A DNA stretch of 61,306 nt, the filler included. It is 10 parts of 10 records of this genome, joined end to end, with 100 filler letters (N's around TTAATTAATTAA, not from the genome) between each part and the next. Parts side by side here need not be neighbours in the genome. Positions count along the whole stretch, not along the records: positions 1 to 6,156 come from SRR7504441_2245; positions 6,257 to 11,166 come from SRR7504441_2247; positions 11,267 to 18,965 come from SRR7504441_2249; 7 more parts are not named here. One strand, written 5' to 3'. The first letter of the stretch is position 1; every line of letters starts with the position of its first letter. Below, piece by piece: positions 1 to 11,733 of this stretch. The notes under the pieces were generated by a model, which saw nothing but the letters and a program-made list of their open reading frames with translations, made no database searches and was not told where the DNA came from. The position numbers and the translations under genes were made by a program.

Positions 1-97
1 AGTGCTTTTTTCTTCAGAATAGTAGCCTTGCTCCACAGTGACTGTTGCTCAGCTGGCGGTTGTGATCTCCGCTTGCCGTTGTCCACGGACTCCGACC

Positions 98-3000
98 ATG
101 TCCATGACGGCCTCCGGCGGACTGGACATGGTGGAAAGGGTGAGCAACCCGCTGAGCCTGCCGGCCAACACAGACGAGCCATTCCCGACGATGGGGAGCA
201 AGCCCGACCCCGTCGAGCCCGCGAGCCCGCGCCGGGGTGCGAAAATCGGGGTGGAGTCAGTCAGGCGTTGGTGCCCGGCGCGACCTCGCTGGTTGTCCCG
301 GTGAGCTCCGGCCCGGGCGCCGCTCAATCTCCGAGGGCAGGTGCTCGAAGAGCGAGTTTCACTGGGTGGTCCGGCTGACCCGGCTGATCAGCTACGGGCT
401 GTTTGTGCTGGCGGTGGTCTGTGTGTACTCCTTCCTGCCCAAGTACACCGCAGTCTCGAGCCAGAAATACTCCTATACGCCAGAAATAATCGAGCCAGGC
501 AGCTGCTACGGCGCAGTCTGCCCAGATCAGGCAGCCCAGCCCAGCGGGAGACGCTGAGCCGTGCACAGCATGAGGTAGTACTCGTGGGACAGACGTTGCT
601 TTTCGAGCACGTCGTCGACGCTCACTATTTCCCCAGGCTGTGCGCCGGCGGCGGCTGGGTCCATGCTGATCCGGGTGCGGCAGGACCGCGTGCACGGTAA
701 AGTGTGACGGGTGTGCTGAGGACACAGCCGCGAGATCTCGACACACGTCACTGCGGTCCGTGCTTAATTATAATAACCTGTGTTAAGCTCAAGCGATTTC
801 GTAGATAAGTGCGGCTGGTTGGCGGCTGACTCACCGGCCCTGCGTGCAGATCTGTCACCCTAGTAACCAGCCAGGATCGTGAGTTGCCCAGCTGGCCTGA
901 GCCCGCTGGCCCGGACTACTACCATGCGGTGATCTGCCAGGCCGATCTGTGCTGAGATGTGCGGTGCAGGATAGTCTGATGATGCTCTGGAAGGACACGG
1001 CCTCCTGGGCCGCCAACATCTCCTTCTGGGTAAAGTCTCTGCTCGGTCGCATTCACAGTGGTGCAGGACCCGTCAGAGTATGGCTCTCTGGACAGACTTT
1101 CAGTGGAGTGTGTGCACAATTCCGAGTGGCAGAACGTGATATTCATCTCAGCGTCACTCGTGTGTTTCGTGGCCACCAGCTTATCGCTACTCAGGATCGC
1201 TTTCGAGGCTGAGGCCAGCAAGGTGCTCGATCGGAAGTGGATCCGGCACAGCACGTGGCTGCTCGCTCTCACGATGATTGAAGTCGTATGCTCCACTTTG
1301 AGAAATTGGCACAAACACGAGCTCAACAACTTCAAAGTGTTGAGTGTCATTTACGTGATTCAGCAGGTCGCTTTTTCTTGGTTCATGCATATCATCTTCC
1401 GCTCCCCGCAGCTCGGCACAGAGAATGTTCACGAGCCCAATTATTTGATGAATTTCTTGGCTATGCTCAAGAGGAAACTGTGCACTCGGAAAGGCGAGTC
1501 GGTTGAGGAATTTCACCGAGCCAACGAACGTCTTCAGGCACTGCTGAAGTCGCCTACAGATACGGAATTGCTCAATCAAGTGCAGGAAGTAACAGAAGCG
1601 ATTGACAAGGCTATGAAATACCACCGCAAGGCCAAACGTTGCTGCGCTTCTGGCGTCAGCGAGGAAGCGGAAGATATACTTCACACTGAGCACGGTGAGC
1701 TGTGGCCCCGGTACTAACACAGCTGTGGCGTGTCAGGCAATACGAAATGGAGCAGGCTCAGCTCTTCTGAACAACAGAATTACCGGCATAGGCTGTTTTT
1801 AAATGCTGTTTCTCTATGGAAGAAAGCAGCCAAAGATCTGATTCGCAGGCCCAAGCTGATGCAAGAGACCAGAGCATACGAGGATGCGCTTAGGAGGGTG
1901 CTTGAAGATGTCAGGACTGTTGCTGCAATGATGACAGGCTCAGGCTCACAGCCTTTGAGTCAAGTGTTTGTTTCCAAAAGCTGGGACGAGACTCCTGGTA
2001 CGCTCGGGCTAACCTTGTTGCGTTGACGTGCTTGTTTCTGCAGTGGCACCTCGAGGCAAAATTATCCGCTTTGGTCGTGTGATAATACCTTTGCTAGTTC
2101 TATTCATTCGGCTGTATATCTGGTTCAAGTTCGCTCACGAGGTATGGCACGATCCCTTGAAACCAGCCAGTCCGATGCTGAATATGGCTGAAGCTCAAGA
2201 CTACAGAATCTTACAGGCTCTTGAAATCATGACGTTGGGAGCTCTGATCGTTATGAGTTTCCGATTCGCCTGGGGTGAGACCATGAAGTATGGAGGTGCC
2301 TCTTCTTGATTGCCGCTTTTCATGTTTCTGGGGCGCCCAGGAGACGCATACGTCGATTACACATATGTGCAAGAACGCATACTAGCGACCCAGTTTTACG
2401 CATGGCTGCAAAATATGCTCATTTGCTTAGCGTTTATGTTCCGTCTCACAATTGTAGGGCAGCTTGATCAGGCCCTGGGCGTCTGAGCTATGCAACAGGT
2501 GCTTTTTGGGCTGGGGGGTGACTCAGCTGGTGGAGACACCTTTTACTTGGTGTGCAATAGGAGCCTGCTGATTCTCAAGGTGGGGTTGTATCAGATTTTC
2601 ATATGGTTCCAACCCAAAAGCCCTGTCACACCGGCTTTCCAGAATATTATCATGACAATGTTTGCTGTGATTGTGTACCACGTGATTCACACCTCGGATC
2701 CCAAACTAAAGCTTGGTAGTTATGCTATTGGGCTTGCGTGAGCTGTGCAATAGGTGATGTGAGCTGGAGGTTACTCACCGATGCTGAGAAGGAAGAGAAG
2801 AGGCCGATGCTGGCTGCGCTGCTTCTTCGACGAGTCAAATTCAGTTCCTTTTCGCGGCTGGCTCCTCAAGATCAAGCCGAATGGCGCCTTCTTCATGAAG
2901 ACAAACACACATTATCGGCAGTCGAGCATGGCACGCGTTTGTCGTATAAATTACGGTCGTGCACAAGCGTAGAGGAGGAAGTGGAGAAGGCGAATGGTTA

Positions 3001-4978
3001 CTTCTCGTTTGAAACCAAACGCAAAAGAAAAAGTGCCGAAGAGACTAAGATGATAGAGATCGAAGAGATTGCCTTCTCACCTGAAATGCTTCGGCAAATG
3101 ACAAGGTCAGTAAGTGCATTGACATTAATACGCACTTGGTGATCCATCGTAACATGTGGAATTCAGGTTGTGCAAGGCAGCCTACACGCCAGAGCTGTAC
3201 AATGATGATGTCAATCACAATGGCCGTCACTGCTCTCCAACGCTGTGTCCAGACTTGCGTACCAGTCACTGCTTCACTGGACGTGATCACGTCAACCACC
3301 GTGGCTTGTTCAAGAGTAAAATCTCTTTGTTTGCTGCTCTCACCACAGATCAGCCGCTTGACGGTAATGCAGTTATCTTTGAAAACCCCGCCCATCAGTT
3401 GGTAGGCTCAAAGAACGCATCAGAGCAAAATTACACCAACCCCGCCAGCAGCCATCAATTTGTAGTTACTTTTAAAGGGACAAAATCGAGCGCGAACGTT
3501 GTAACAGACCTCAAGACGGCCCAATTTGAGTACCCGTTCATGGACTATAATCGTGGAAGATGCAAGCTCAAGCCGCGTCTGAACGGCTGTCCGATTGATG
3601 AACAGCCTGCGATGTACGTGCATAAGGGGTTCTACGAGTTGCTTCACTCGAATGCCTGGCGGCTTATGGGACAAAAACATAACGATCGAAAGTATGCGAC
3701 TTTCGGGTGCCCCAGTAGCGAAGAAATGCATTCTCCCACACACAACGATGATGAGGAGGATGGCTATTCTTATGCGTCTTATTTTAAGAGCAGGAAACCA
3801 GAGAGTGAAGCATTGCATCGCATCTTAGAGTCTAAGCTGTTCCCCAGGATCGCTGCAACGAAGATGGCAGACATGTGCAAAGACGACAGAGCCAGTGCCT
3901 TGGACAAGATGTCTGACATCGACAGAGTTCATGTACAAGAAGCGTTGGCAGAGATCGAGAATGAACCGACAATGAAAGAAGGGACCCGAAAGATCGAGTT
4001 AATTTTTGCAGGGCATTCGCTCGGCGGTGCGCTCGCTTTGTTGATGGCGTTCGAGGTGGGCAGAAATGAAACTAGTGCGCTTGAATGTTCTCTTTAGGTG
4101 AGTTGCTACCTCGGCCAAAGTCGAAGCGCTGTGATCAATGGCAAGCTGAGAGACAAGATGGAGAATATTCTCAGGCGAGTGAGCAGTGATGAAGTCGAAG
4201 ATCTTGTGGTTGCGCATTTGTGTAAGTGGAATGGGATCGAGTTTCACTTGCGATGCCTTACGGTCGGCCAGCCCAGGATTGGCTGTCGGGTCATGGCAGG
4301 CGAGCACAGCGCTTGCTTGCGTGACTCGAGTTGTGCTTTTGCAGACCAAATTGACAAACATCTGCGGGATTACTGGAGAATCACCAACGAAGGCGATCCT
4401 GTTCCTATGGTGAGGCTCTCATCTCTGGATTGATATGATTGTCGTCCATTGCGCAGATTCCCGGGAGATTTAACCTAACCCATCGCATACCACGGCTGTA
4501 CCTGGGCAACAGACGATACAGCCACGCTGGTCGCAATGCGCACCTCAAGTTTGGAGGCCAGGTGCTCCGATACCATAATGATATGACCAGTTCTGATGCT
4601 CTGCTAGGTGGTGTTTGACCCAAAACACTTTGAGAAGGGCATGTACGTAATGGATACGCATCATGGAATCACGTACGAGGAATTCACGGTCCGTTCGTTG
4701 GTCCCCAGGCAACCAGTGCTGATTGCCTGAAACAGGAGCAATATTTGAAACATCGGCGCAAGTGGCTGTGGTCCAAAGCGTTGCGGATTGTCCTCTTTGT
4801 TATACGGCTGAGGAAGGAAATGGCACAGAAGTACGGTCCAGCTGTTCAGGGCTCTGCAGCGGAAGAGCCTGTTGAAGCGCTATCCTATCAATACTCGAAC
4901 ACCGACTTTGACCGCTTGCAACAGACTCTGAAAACCTCTGCAGCACCTGAAAGTCTTGAAGTCGTCGTTGATCATTGA
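98..4978 (+). CDS. Multi-exon polytopic membrane protein with C-terminal class 3 (DAG-lipase-like) lipase domain
   Basis: Consecutive + strand ORF pieces joined by short introns. Several hydrophobic TM blocks between about 360 and 2720, followed by lipase-3 motifs: VVTFKGT, VHKGFY, nucleophile elbow GHSLGG (4011-4028), ITNEGDPVP, and a late His (THHG). Some 5' exon junctions are ambiguous and the start codon is uncertain. Confidence 0.7.
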
Positions 4979-5103
4979 AGTAATTAGTTTAAAATTGAAA
5001 TTTAGTATTGCTAACAGTATTTCTCATTTTTTACTCGGGATCTCCTTTATTCGAAGGTTGCTGCAATGGTATGAGTACTTATAGCCTTTAAATAGAGCAA
5101 CTC

Positions 5104-6156
5104 TCAGCTGCTTACAGCAATCGAGGCGATCGCTAATACATATGACAAAATCATGAGACCAAACAGAACTTTGGTCTTGCTACGCGCCCCGCTCAGCTCT
5201 TGCCAGCAAATCAGGCCCCACAAGGATGCAGCCAGTGGCGAGCACCGCGCAATCGACATCGAGACTGCCAAGCTAAGCGGCGATCCCGGGCCGCCCGCGA
5301 CGAGGCTTAAAAGCGACCCAGCGGACCACATGGCGCCTCCGAGCAGCCCAAGCCCGTGCTGCCACCTGTGCACCAGGCTAACCAGACAGTGCACAGTGCT
5401 GCCTGACCAGCAGAGTGAACAGTAGAGCCTCAACTTGACTGGAGATCCGGCCAGAGGGCAGCTGTACGCCAAGTCAGACCCGGCCCAATCCAGCCAGGCA
5501 CTGGGCGAACCAGGGCAGCAGCAGCAGGCTAGAAGCTAAAGTGCCAGCCGTAAACCATCCCCTGAGCCGGCTCGGCAAGCCCGGCCAGCCCGCACCAAAA
5601 CTCATATGTGCTTAGTGCCCGATCGGGAGGTCGCGCGCTCATCGCCCAGTGCCCCATGATCGGCCACACCGCAAAGAGCAGCCCGGCCGCCGCCGCAGTC
5701 AGGATCCCGCCCACCGCACCGGTGGCCTCGGGCGGGTCTTGCAGCGGGCTGTACTGCACCGTAGGCTCCGGCTGCGCCCAACTGGACTCGTGTGAGATTG
5801 GCTGCAGATTGGGCCGGCTACCCGGTCAGTTGAGTGAGAGAAGAGAAGCTCATCATCCGCCGCCCGATCTCAGGACCGTCAAGAGTAGAGAAAGTAAAGC
5901 TCCGTCGAGGAGGCCGCGACCCCACCAGCGCGCTGCCCGACCGTCACGCGGCCAATCCGGCCGAACCGGATGTCTGGCGCGGAGGATGAGCCCGGGAAGG
6001 CCGGGCGCTTGGGGATGGCCGGCTCAGGGGGCGGGGTGAGGTCTCTTGAGAGCTGACGGTGCACTAAGGAGTCTAAAGCAACGGACAGCAGCGCTAGGCC
6101 GACTCCTGTGAACAGCAGCGCCGGAGAGACCCCGTCACTCTTGGAGAGGAAGAACA
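5104..6156 (-). CDS. Ureide-permease-like / DMT-superfamily transporter, 5'-truncated at contig end
   Basis: Spliced translation includes ALLFTGVGLALLSVALDSLVH and C-terminal PLAASLWGLICWQELSGARSKTKVLFGLMILSYVLAIASIAVSS, resembling ureide permease/GRP-type DMT helices. Confidence 0.6.
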
Positions 6157-6256
6157 NNNNNNNNNNNNNNNNNNNNNNNNNNNNNNNNNNNNNNNNNNNN
6201 TTAATTAATTAANNNNNNNNNNNNNNNNNNNNNNNNNNNNNNNNNNNNNNNNNNNN
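6157..6256. other. Artificial contig spacer (N-run with TTAATTAATTAA). Identical spacers at 11167-11266, 18966-19065, 28443-28542, 35328-35427, 41671-41770, 44805-44904, 52284-52383, 57333-57432
   Basis: 100-nt block of Ns around a 12-mer that gives stops in all six frames, repeated nine times. Confidence 0.98.
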
Positions 6257-6293
6257 CCCAACGATTGGAACTATCCAGCAAGTACGCGCGCAG
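6257..6293. repeat. 37-bp repeat, left copy of an inverted pair bounding contig 6257-11166
   Basis: cccaacgattggaactatccagcaagtacgcgcgcag is the reverse complement of 11130-11166 with one mismatch. Confidence 0.9.
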
Positions 6294-6636
6294 GCACGCC
6301 GCTGAGCGGAATAAGTGGTGATGCAACAATAGGATCGATAAGGTTGAATTCTCGTGAATCGAGGCTTAGTAGAAATAGCTGGAAGAGCGGTTGGAATAAC
6401 GAACCAGGTATCGGACAAGAGACGCATTAGTAATGTATGTAGCCCTCCTAAAAGTCCTATTGTAGTCTTATACAATCATACTCACTACGTAGGTTATGAT
6501 TGTGGAGCTTAATCGGCACTCAATCGGATTGGGACAGGGGTGCTTGTGGCCCTTCGCCGCTCGCCCGCCGCCGCCTCTGCCATCGCTTTCATAATGCCGG
6601 TGAAAGACTACTCTATTACTAGTACTGTATATACCG

Positions 6637-7622
6637 CTACAATATATCGATCCGTGATTGGAGCCACGGCTGTTTGTGGAGCGCCTTGAGGGCAGTTTGG
6701 AGTAATAAAACCCCGGCTTGTGGGCCTTCCTCGGCCGCAGCAGCCACTTGCCCCGGAGTAATGTTTGTGGCTAGTGCGTTATTTATCCTCTCGAATACAG
6801 CGTCGCTCACACCGTCGTCCTCTATCCACGATTTAGCTAGTTGCCACTCCTCCACAAAGCTCTCCGTTTGAGCCTCTTGTGCGCAGACCGCGCAGAATGC
6901 CCACGGCCGTAAGGCCCCATAGTACCGATCCTTGCCCGTCGATTGCACATACATCAGCGAGCAGGGACCGCAGTAGTATTCCTCCGAGTCAACTGCGCCC
7001 GTCTCCTCTGGCAGCCGTCCTTGCTCGTTCTTCACTGGCAGCCCGTGGCCCTTTGGACAGCCGGCTGGGCCAACGGGTGGCTCCTCGGTGTCAAAGCAAC
7101 ACTGGCACTCCTTGCCCTGCCAGTCGCCTTGCCGGACCACTCTAAAGTCTTGGATCGACAGCCTCCTCTCCTCGGCCAGCCCTTGCTCGCGGGTTACGAT
7201 AGAATGCTCCCCGTTAGGCTGTACCAGCAAGAACCTGGTGCGATCGTACTGAAACCGCTCGCTGTGGAAGCAGTCAGAGCAGAGCGTCGGGCGGCCGTCG
7301 GCGAACCCCTCCCGGAGCACAGCGCACAGCTCCTCATAGTCAGTCAGGTCGGCCCCGAGCCAGGAAGCCTCCATGCACTCGAACCTCGGCTGGGGTGGGA
7401 CGGTCGTCAGCGTGGCGTAGCAGCTCCTGGCGGCGGGGCTCAGGGCGCAGCCGGAGGGGCGGCTCACCCGCACTTGATGGTGGCACAGTCCTCCGACAGG
7501 CAGCACAGGTGGTGGCAGGGCCTCTCGTAGGAGCCCATCCAGCGCATCATGTTCTCCGTGGGGGCGAAAGTGTGCGGGATCGTCTGGCGCCACCACGCTT
7601 CCACCGCAGAGTCATCAGCCAT
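6637..7622 (-). CDS. Cys-rich hypothetical protein with ZZ-like and RING-like zinc-binding motifs
   Basis: ATG 7622 (MADDSAVEAWW...), one GT-AG intron, then the 6637..7596 frame. Multiple CxxC pairs: CGSC, CSDC, CQCC, CPKGH, CGPC, CAVC. Confidence 0.55.
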
Positions 7623-7719
7623 CAGTGGCCACTGCAGCTACTGCAGTCCCGTGCCCCTTGCGTCGATGACTCTCTGATTCCAACGGACGGTTGCGCTCGG
7701 AACACCCCAACCGAGAGCC

Positions 7720-10020
7720 ATGGTCGTGCCACCACCAGAGGCCGCCGCGGCGGGCAGCCCCATCAGCAAGGTGGGCGGGCGCCGAATGCCGGGCGAGCGG
7801 AGGGGCAGGAGGAGACCCGGAACGCGATCGGGATTTTCTCGCAGCTGGCCGAGAGCAGCGACACAGAGACGCTCCGATCGGCCGCGGAGGGACTGGCCAA
7901 GATTGCGCACAAAGGTGCCCCTGCGCAAGCCGCCGGCTGGAATCCCGGGTCAGGCTGGCAGTCCGAGATCGATGCGCATCGCGGGGTGACCATTTGCCTC
8001 TCCTTGCTCAAGCAGCCCGAGCCGCGGGTCTACACAAAGGCGCTGGCACTGCTCCACCCGCTGGCCGCCAGCCCGCTCTGCCGGCCCGGGCTGATCGCCG
8101 GGGGCGCCGTCGAGGTGCGGTTCGGTCGGCCGGTGTTGAGCCGGGGCCAGTTCGCTTGGGCGTACGCGGCGGACAGTTCGGCCTCCAAGCGAGATTCGAC
8201 CAGCCGAGAGTGCTGGGAGCAGGCGCTGGCCGCCCTGTGCCACTTCGCGATCGGGGGCGAGCCCGAGTCGCGGGCGGCGGTGGTCAATTGCGGCGGGATC
8301 CCGGCGATGGCGGACAACCTTGGTTCCGGGCTGACTGAGCTGTGCCTCGGGCCTGGGCTGCTGCCGCTGACCGGCCGCAGGTGCTCGGCCGGGCTCGAGC
8401 GGCTCTCTAGGGAGCGCGAGTACCACCAGCTGATCCTGGGCACCGCCGCGCTGACCAAGATGGTCGGGCTGCTCCAGGGCGACAGCGTGGCCCACCCGAC
8501 CGCTCTGGGCACGCTTTGCTCAGTGGCCGCCTGCCTGGCTAACCTGGCAGAGAACGTCGAGTGCCACCCGCAGTTCGAGGCACCACCGGCCCTAGCCCGG
8601 CTCAACCGGCGGCAGATCTGCGCGGTGACCGAGGCGCTGCTGGCCGTGGTGACAGAGGAGCGGGCCCTGCTCCGGAGAGAGGTGGCGCGCGCGCTCGCCA
8701 ACTTGTGCCGGGTGCTCCAGCTCCAGCGCAACATCCTGATCCACAAATACCTCTGGAACACCTTCGCCGTGCTCGGGCTCTCGACCGACCCGGCCGACAA
8801 GCAGGTGGCAGTCAACTTTTACCTGTACGTCTCTGAGAACGGTCAACGGCTTGGCTGCGCGGGGCTCACTCGGGCGCAGAGTGCTTGAGCGAGATCGTGC
8901 AGCACGTGGCCATCCCAGTCACCGAGCACCTGGTCCAGCCGCTGGTGGCGCTCGGGTACGCTCCTGATCTCGCCGAGAGGGTGGCACTCGCGCTCGGGAA
9001 TCTGGCCCCTGCGATCCGTAAGCCGATGGCTGAGGAGGAGGCTTGCATCGAGCTGATGGTCAGCTGGCTCGAGCCGGGCACCCCCGCCGTCTGCACCAGG
9101 TCTGGCTCCGCCGGCCGGCCGTTGAGCCTGCGGGTTGCAGCGAGGCAGTCCGGGTGCTCACCAGCCTGTGCTACCAATCGGACCCTTGCTGCGCCTCTTG
9201 CCTCAACCTGGCGATCGCGGCCGGCGCGCTCCCGCTGCTCACAATGCTGGCGCTCCAGAACGGGAACGTGGTGCTCAAGTGCGAGGTGGCCAAGCTGCTC
9301 GCGCTCTGCTGCCGGCTGCACGAGTGCCACCCCGGAGCGATTGCGAGCGGGATCCTGCCGCACCTGCTGGAGCTGGCGTGCTCCGACGATTACGTGGTCA
9401 AGGCCGAGGCGGTCAACTCGCTCGGCGACCTGTACAACAACTGCCAGTCGCACCCGCAGCTGATAGCGGTGCGCGGGTTGTTTTGGGCGATCAACCTGGC
9501 CGAGTCGGACGAGGCTCTGCTCGCCAACCGCGGGGAGCAGATGCTCAGCAGCCTGCTCGGGTCGCACCCAGCGCACATCCCGCTCATCCAGTCCGGCTGC
9601 CTGCTGGTGCTCCAGCAACTTGCCGAGACGGCCGGGCCGGAGATCAAGGCCGTGATCGCTGAAGGGTTTGGCTCGATAGCAACTGACGAGTCGTGTTGCG
9701 AGGCAATGTGCGCCGACGAGCACGTCAAGGTGCTCGAGGGTCTCGCCAGCCAGCGCGAGCACATGCTCTCGAGCGCCGCGCTCAGGGTGCTCATCAGCAT
9801 GGCCGAGCGATTCCATGCTCAGGGCGTCTCGGGTGAGGCCACGGCGGCGCTCGCTCGGCTAGCTACCGACCCGTTATGTCGGGATGAAATGATCGAGAAC
9901 GACGGATACGCCAGGCTGGCCGGGCTGACCGGATGCCAAGACGAGAAGATCTGCCGAGAAGCTTCGCGGATACTGAGCCAGTTTATGGACCACGCAGCCC
10001 AGGTCCAGAGCCTTGATTGA
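7720..10020 (+). CDS. Armadillo-repeat protein (Vac8-like)
   Basis: Spliced ORFs 7395..8888 and 9043..10020 contain repeated ARM helices (AAEGLAKIA, ACLANLAEN, ARALANLC, ALALGNLA, ALARLATD). Confidence 0.75.
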
Positions 10021-10359
10021 GAAAGCTATTACTAGTGTAGATCACTGACTTCCATAATTCATTTGGCAGGTTGGGGTACCTTGAGATCTACTCTAATCAC
10101 TTGAGATCTGGACAACAAAAGGAAGAAACACCACAAGATGCCTACACGACTGCACCCGACAATTGATAGACTTGTAATTAGAACAAATACAAACGGAACA
10201 CGCATGATTCATAACATACTCGTATAAACATGAATCAAACCGGTTGATTGATTAGACTTTGTGTACTTTGAGTACGCTAGTACTAGTGTAGTACTAGTGT
10301 ACGCGACGCAGTCGTTACCTTGGAAAGGTCCACGGGCACAGTAGCGAGGCGTCGAGTCT

Positions 10360-11045
10360 CTAATCTCTCCAAACCTCGGTATAAAGGTCCTTGTACCGCT
10401 GGTCGGACGCGTTACTAGCTTTGGCCGGGTCGCGTGACCTGATCCTAGCTGGGCTCTGGTGCCGTTGGGCCGAGGCCGGACCATCCTCGAGATCAAGCCC
10501 TGCTGATGCCCTGCTGCTCGAGCCCCGGCCGCGAGGCGCAGGCCCAACCACCCACTCGCCCACAGCCGCTTCGTCCTCCACAGCTGGAGCAGGCGCTGGG
10601 GTCCTGGCTGGCCGGTTGGCTGGGGTCTTGGCAGGGCTGCAAGGGTTGGCGTAGAGCCGGTCAAACACTTGCTTGCCGCCCATGTCGAGCCGGGCAGACC
10701 GGCTGTTGATCTTTGGGCTGAACGTGGGCTCCGGCGGGTTCTCTAACGGCTTGGCCTTGCTCCGCGCTGTTGCACACTCAGCTTGGGCACCGGCCGCGGA
10801 GGCACCCGAGGCCCTGGCGGTGGACCGGCATCCGTCCTCTGTCGATCGGCTCATCCGGCGGACAATCTGCTCGGTCCTCTTGCTCAGCTTTGGCCGGAAA
10901 GGCGAGTTGGTGCTCTGCTGTTTGTCCAGCTGCTGCTTCTTGGCCTGCTTCCGCATCTGACCACCAGTCAGCTGACCACCTGTGGAGGGAGCAGCACCTC
11001 GCGCTCCTTCTGCCACTGCATCAGCGAATCGACAGAGCGGTCCAT
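10360..11045 (-). CDS. Hypothetical protein with PTFSPKIN..S / VFDRLY motifs
   Basis: MDRSVDSLMQWQKERE, a GT-AG intron, then MRKQAKK. PF.PKLS, PTFSPKIN and RLY motifs are typical of protist low-complexity cytoskeletal proteins. Confidence 0.5.
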
Positions 11046-11129
11046 CTGGTGCGACGCCTGCCCCAACCCTCAATCCCCGGCTCCAATCGGTCCAGCACCA
11101 TCGAAATCTCGGGCGCGAACGTGGCCTGG

Positions 11130-11166
11130 CTGCGCTCGTACTTGCTGGATAGTTCCAATCGTTGGG
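11130..11166. repeat. 37-bp repeat, right copy of the inverted pair
   Basis: ctgcgctcgtacttgctggatagttccaatcgttggg, running to the last base of the contig. Confidence 0.9.
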
Positions 11167-11733
11167 NNNNNNNNNNNNNNNNNNNNNNNNNNNNNNNNNN
11201 NNNNNNNNNNTTAATTAATTAANNNNNNNNNNNNNNNNNNNNNNNNNNNNNNNNNNNNNNNNNNNNATAAAGCTCCTCCATCGGCGTAAAAAAAAATAAA
11301 GCTGATTAGCGACCCGATTAGCACATCTGACATGATCTGAGTTCTACCTATAAATAAACTATAAATAAGCCAGATTCTTAACCAGATTCTACTCGTAGAT
11401 CTAGGTGGCGATACAGGGCACATCCTATAGGTAAACGCATCCCCGGCAATGAATCGAGTATATATGTGGTACTAAAATAACATGTCGAAAGTATTCTCTC
11501 GGACGAGAGATCTAATTCTTTAAAGTAGTTAAATGCGTCACGGCTGGTACATAACTAGTTAGTACAATCATCATACACTGATTGTACCCAAGTGCCAACA
11601 GATTACCAACAGATCAAAGCGAGTGAAGTTACGAGTGAAGTGTGACGAATCACAATTGTGTGATCAATGCACATACTGCAATGGCCAATGTACAATGTAG
11701 CCACATCTATGGAAATGCAGCTTCTCCTAGTAC

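Noticed and set aside
740-850. Possible 4-nt micro-exon (ATAA) in the lipase gene
   Set aside because: An alternative splice path also restores the frame; this cannot be decided without transcripts.
11130-11166. Terminal repeat as a tRNA, snRNA or telomere
   Set aside because: No cloverleaf, Sm site or tandem telomeric unit is visible in the 37 bp available.
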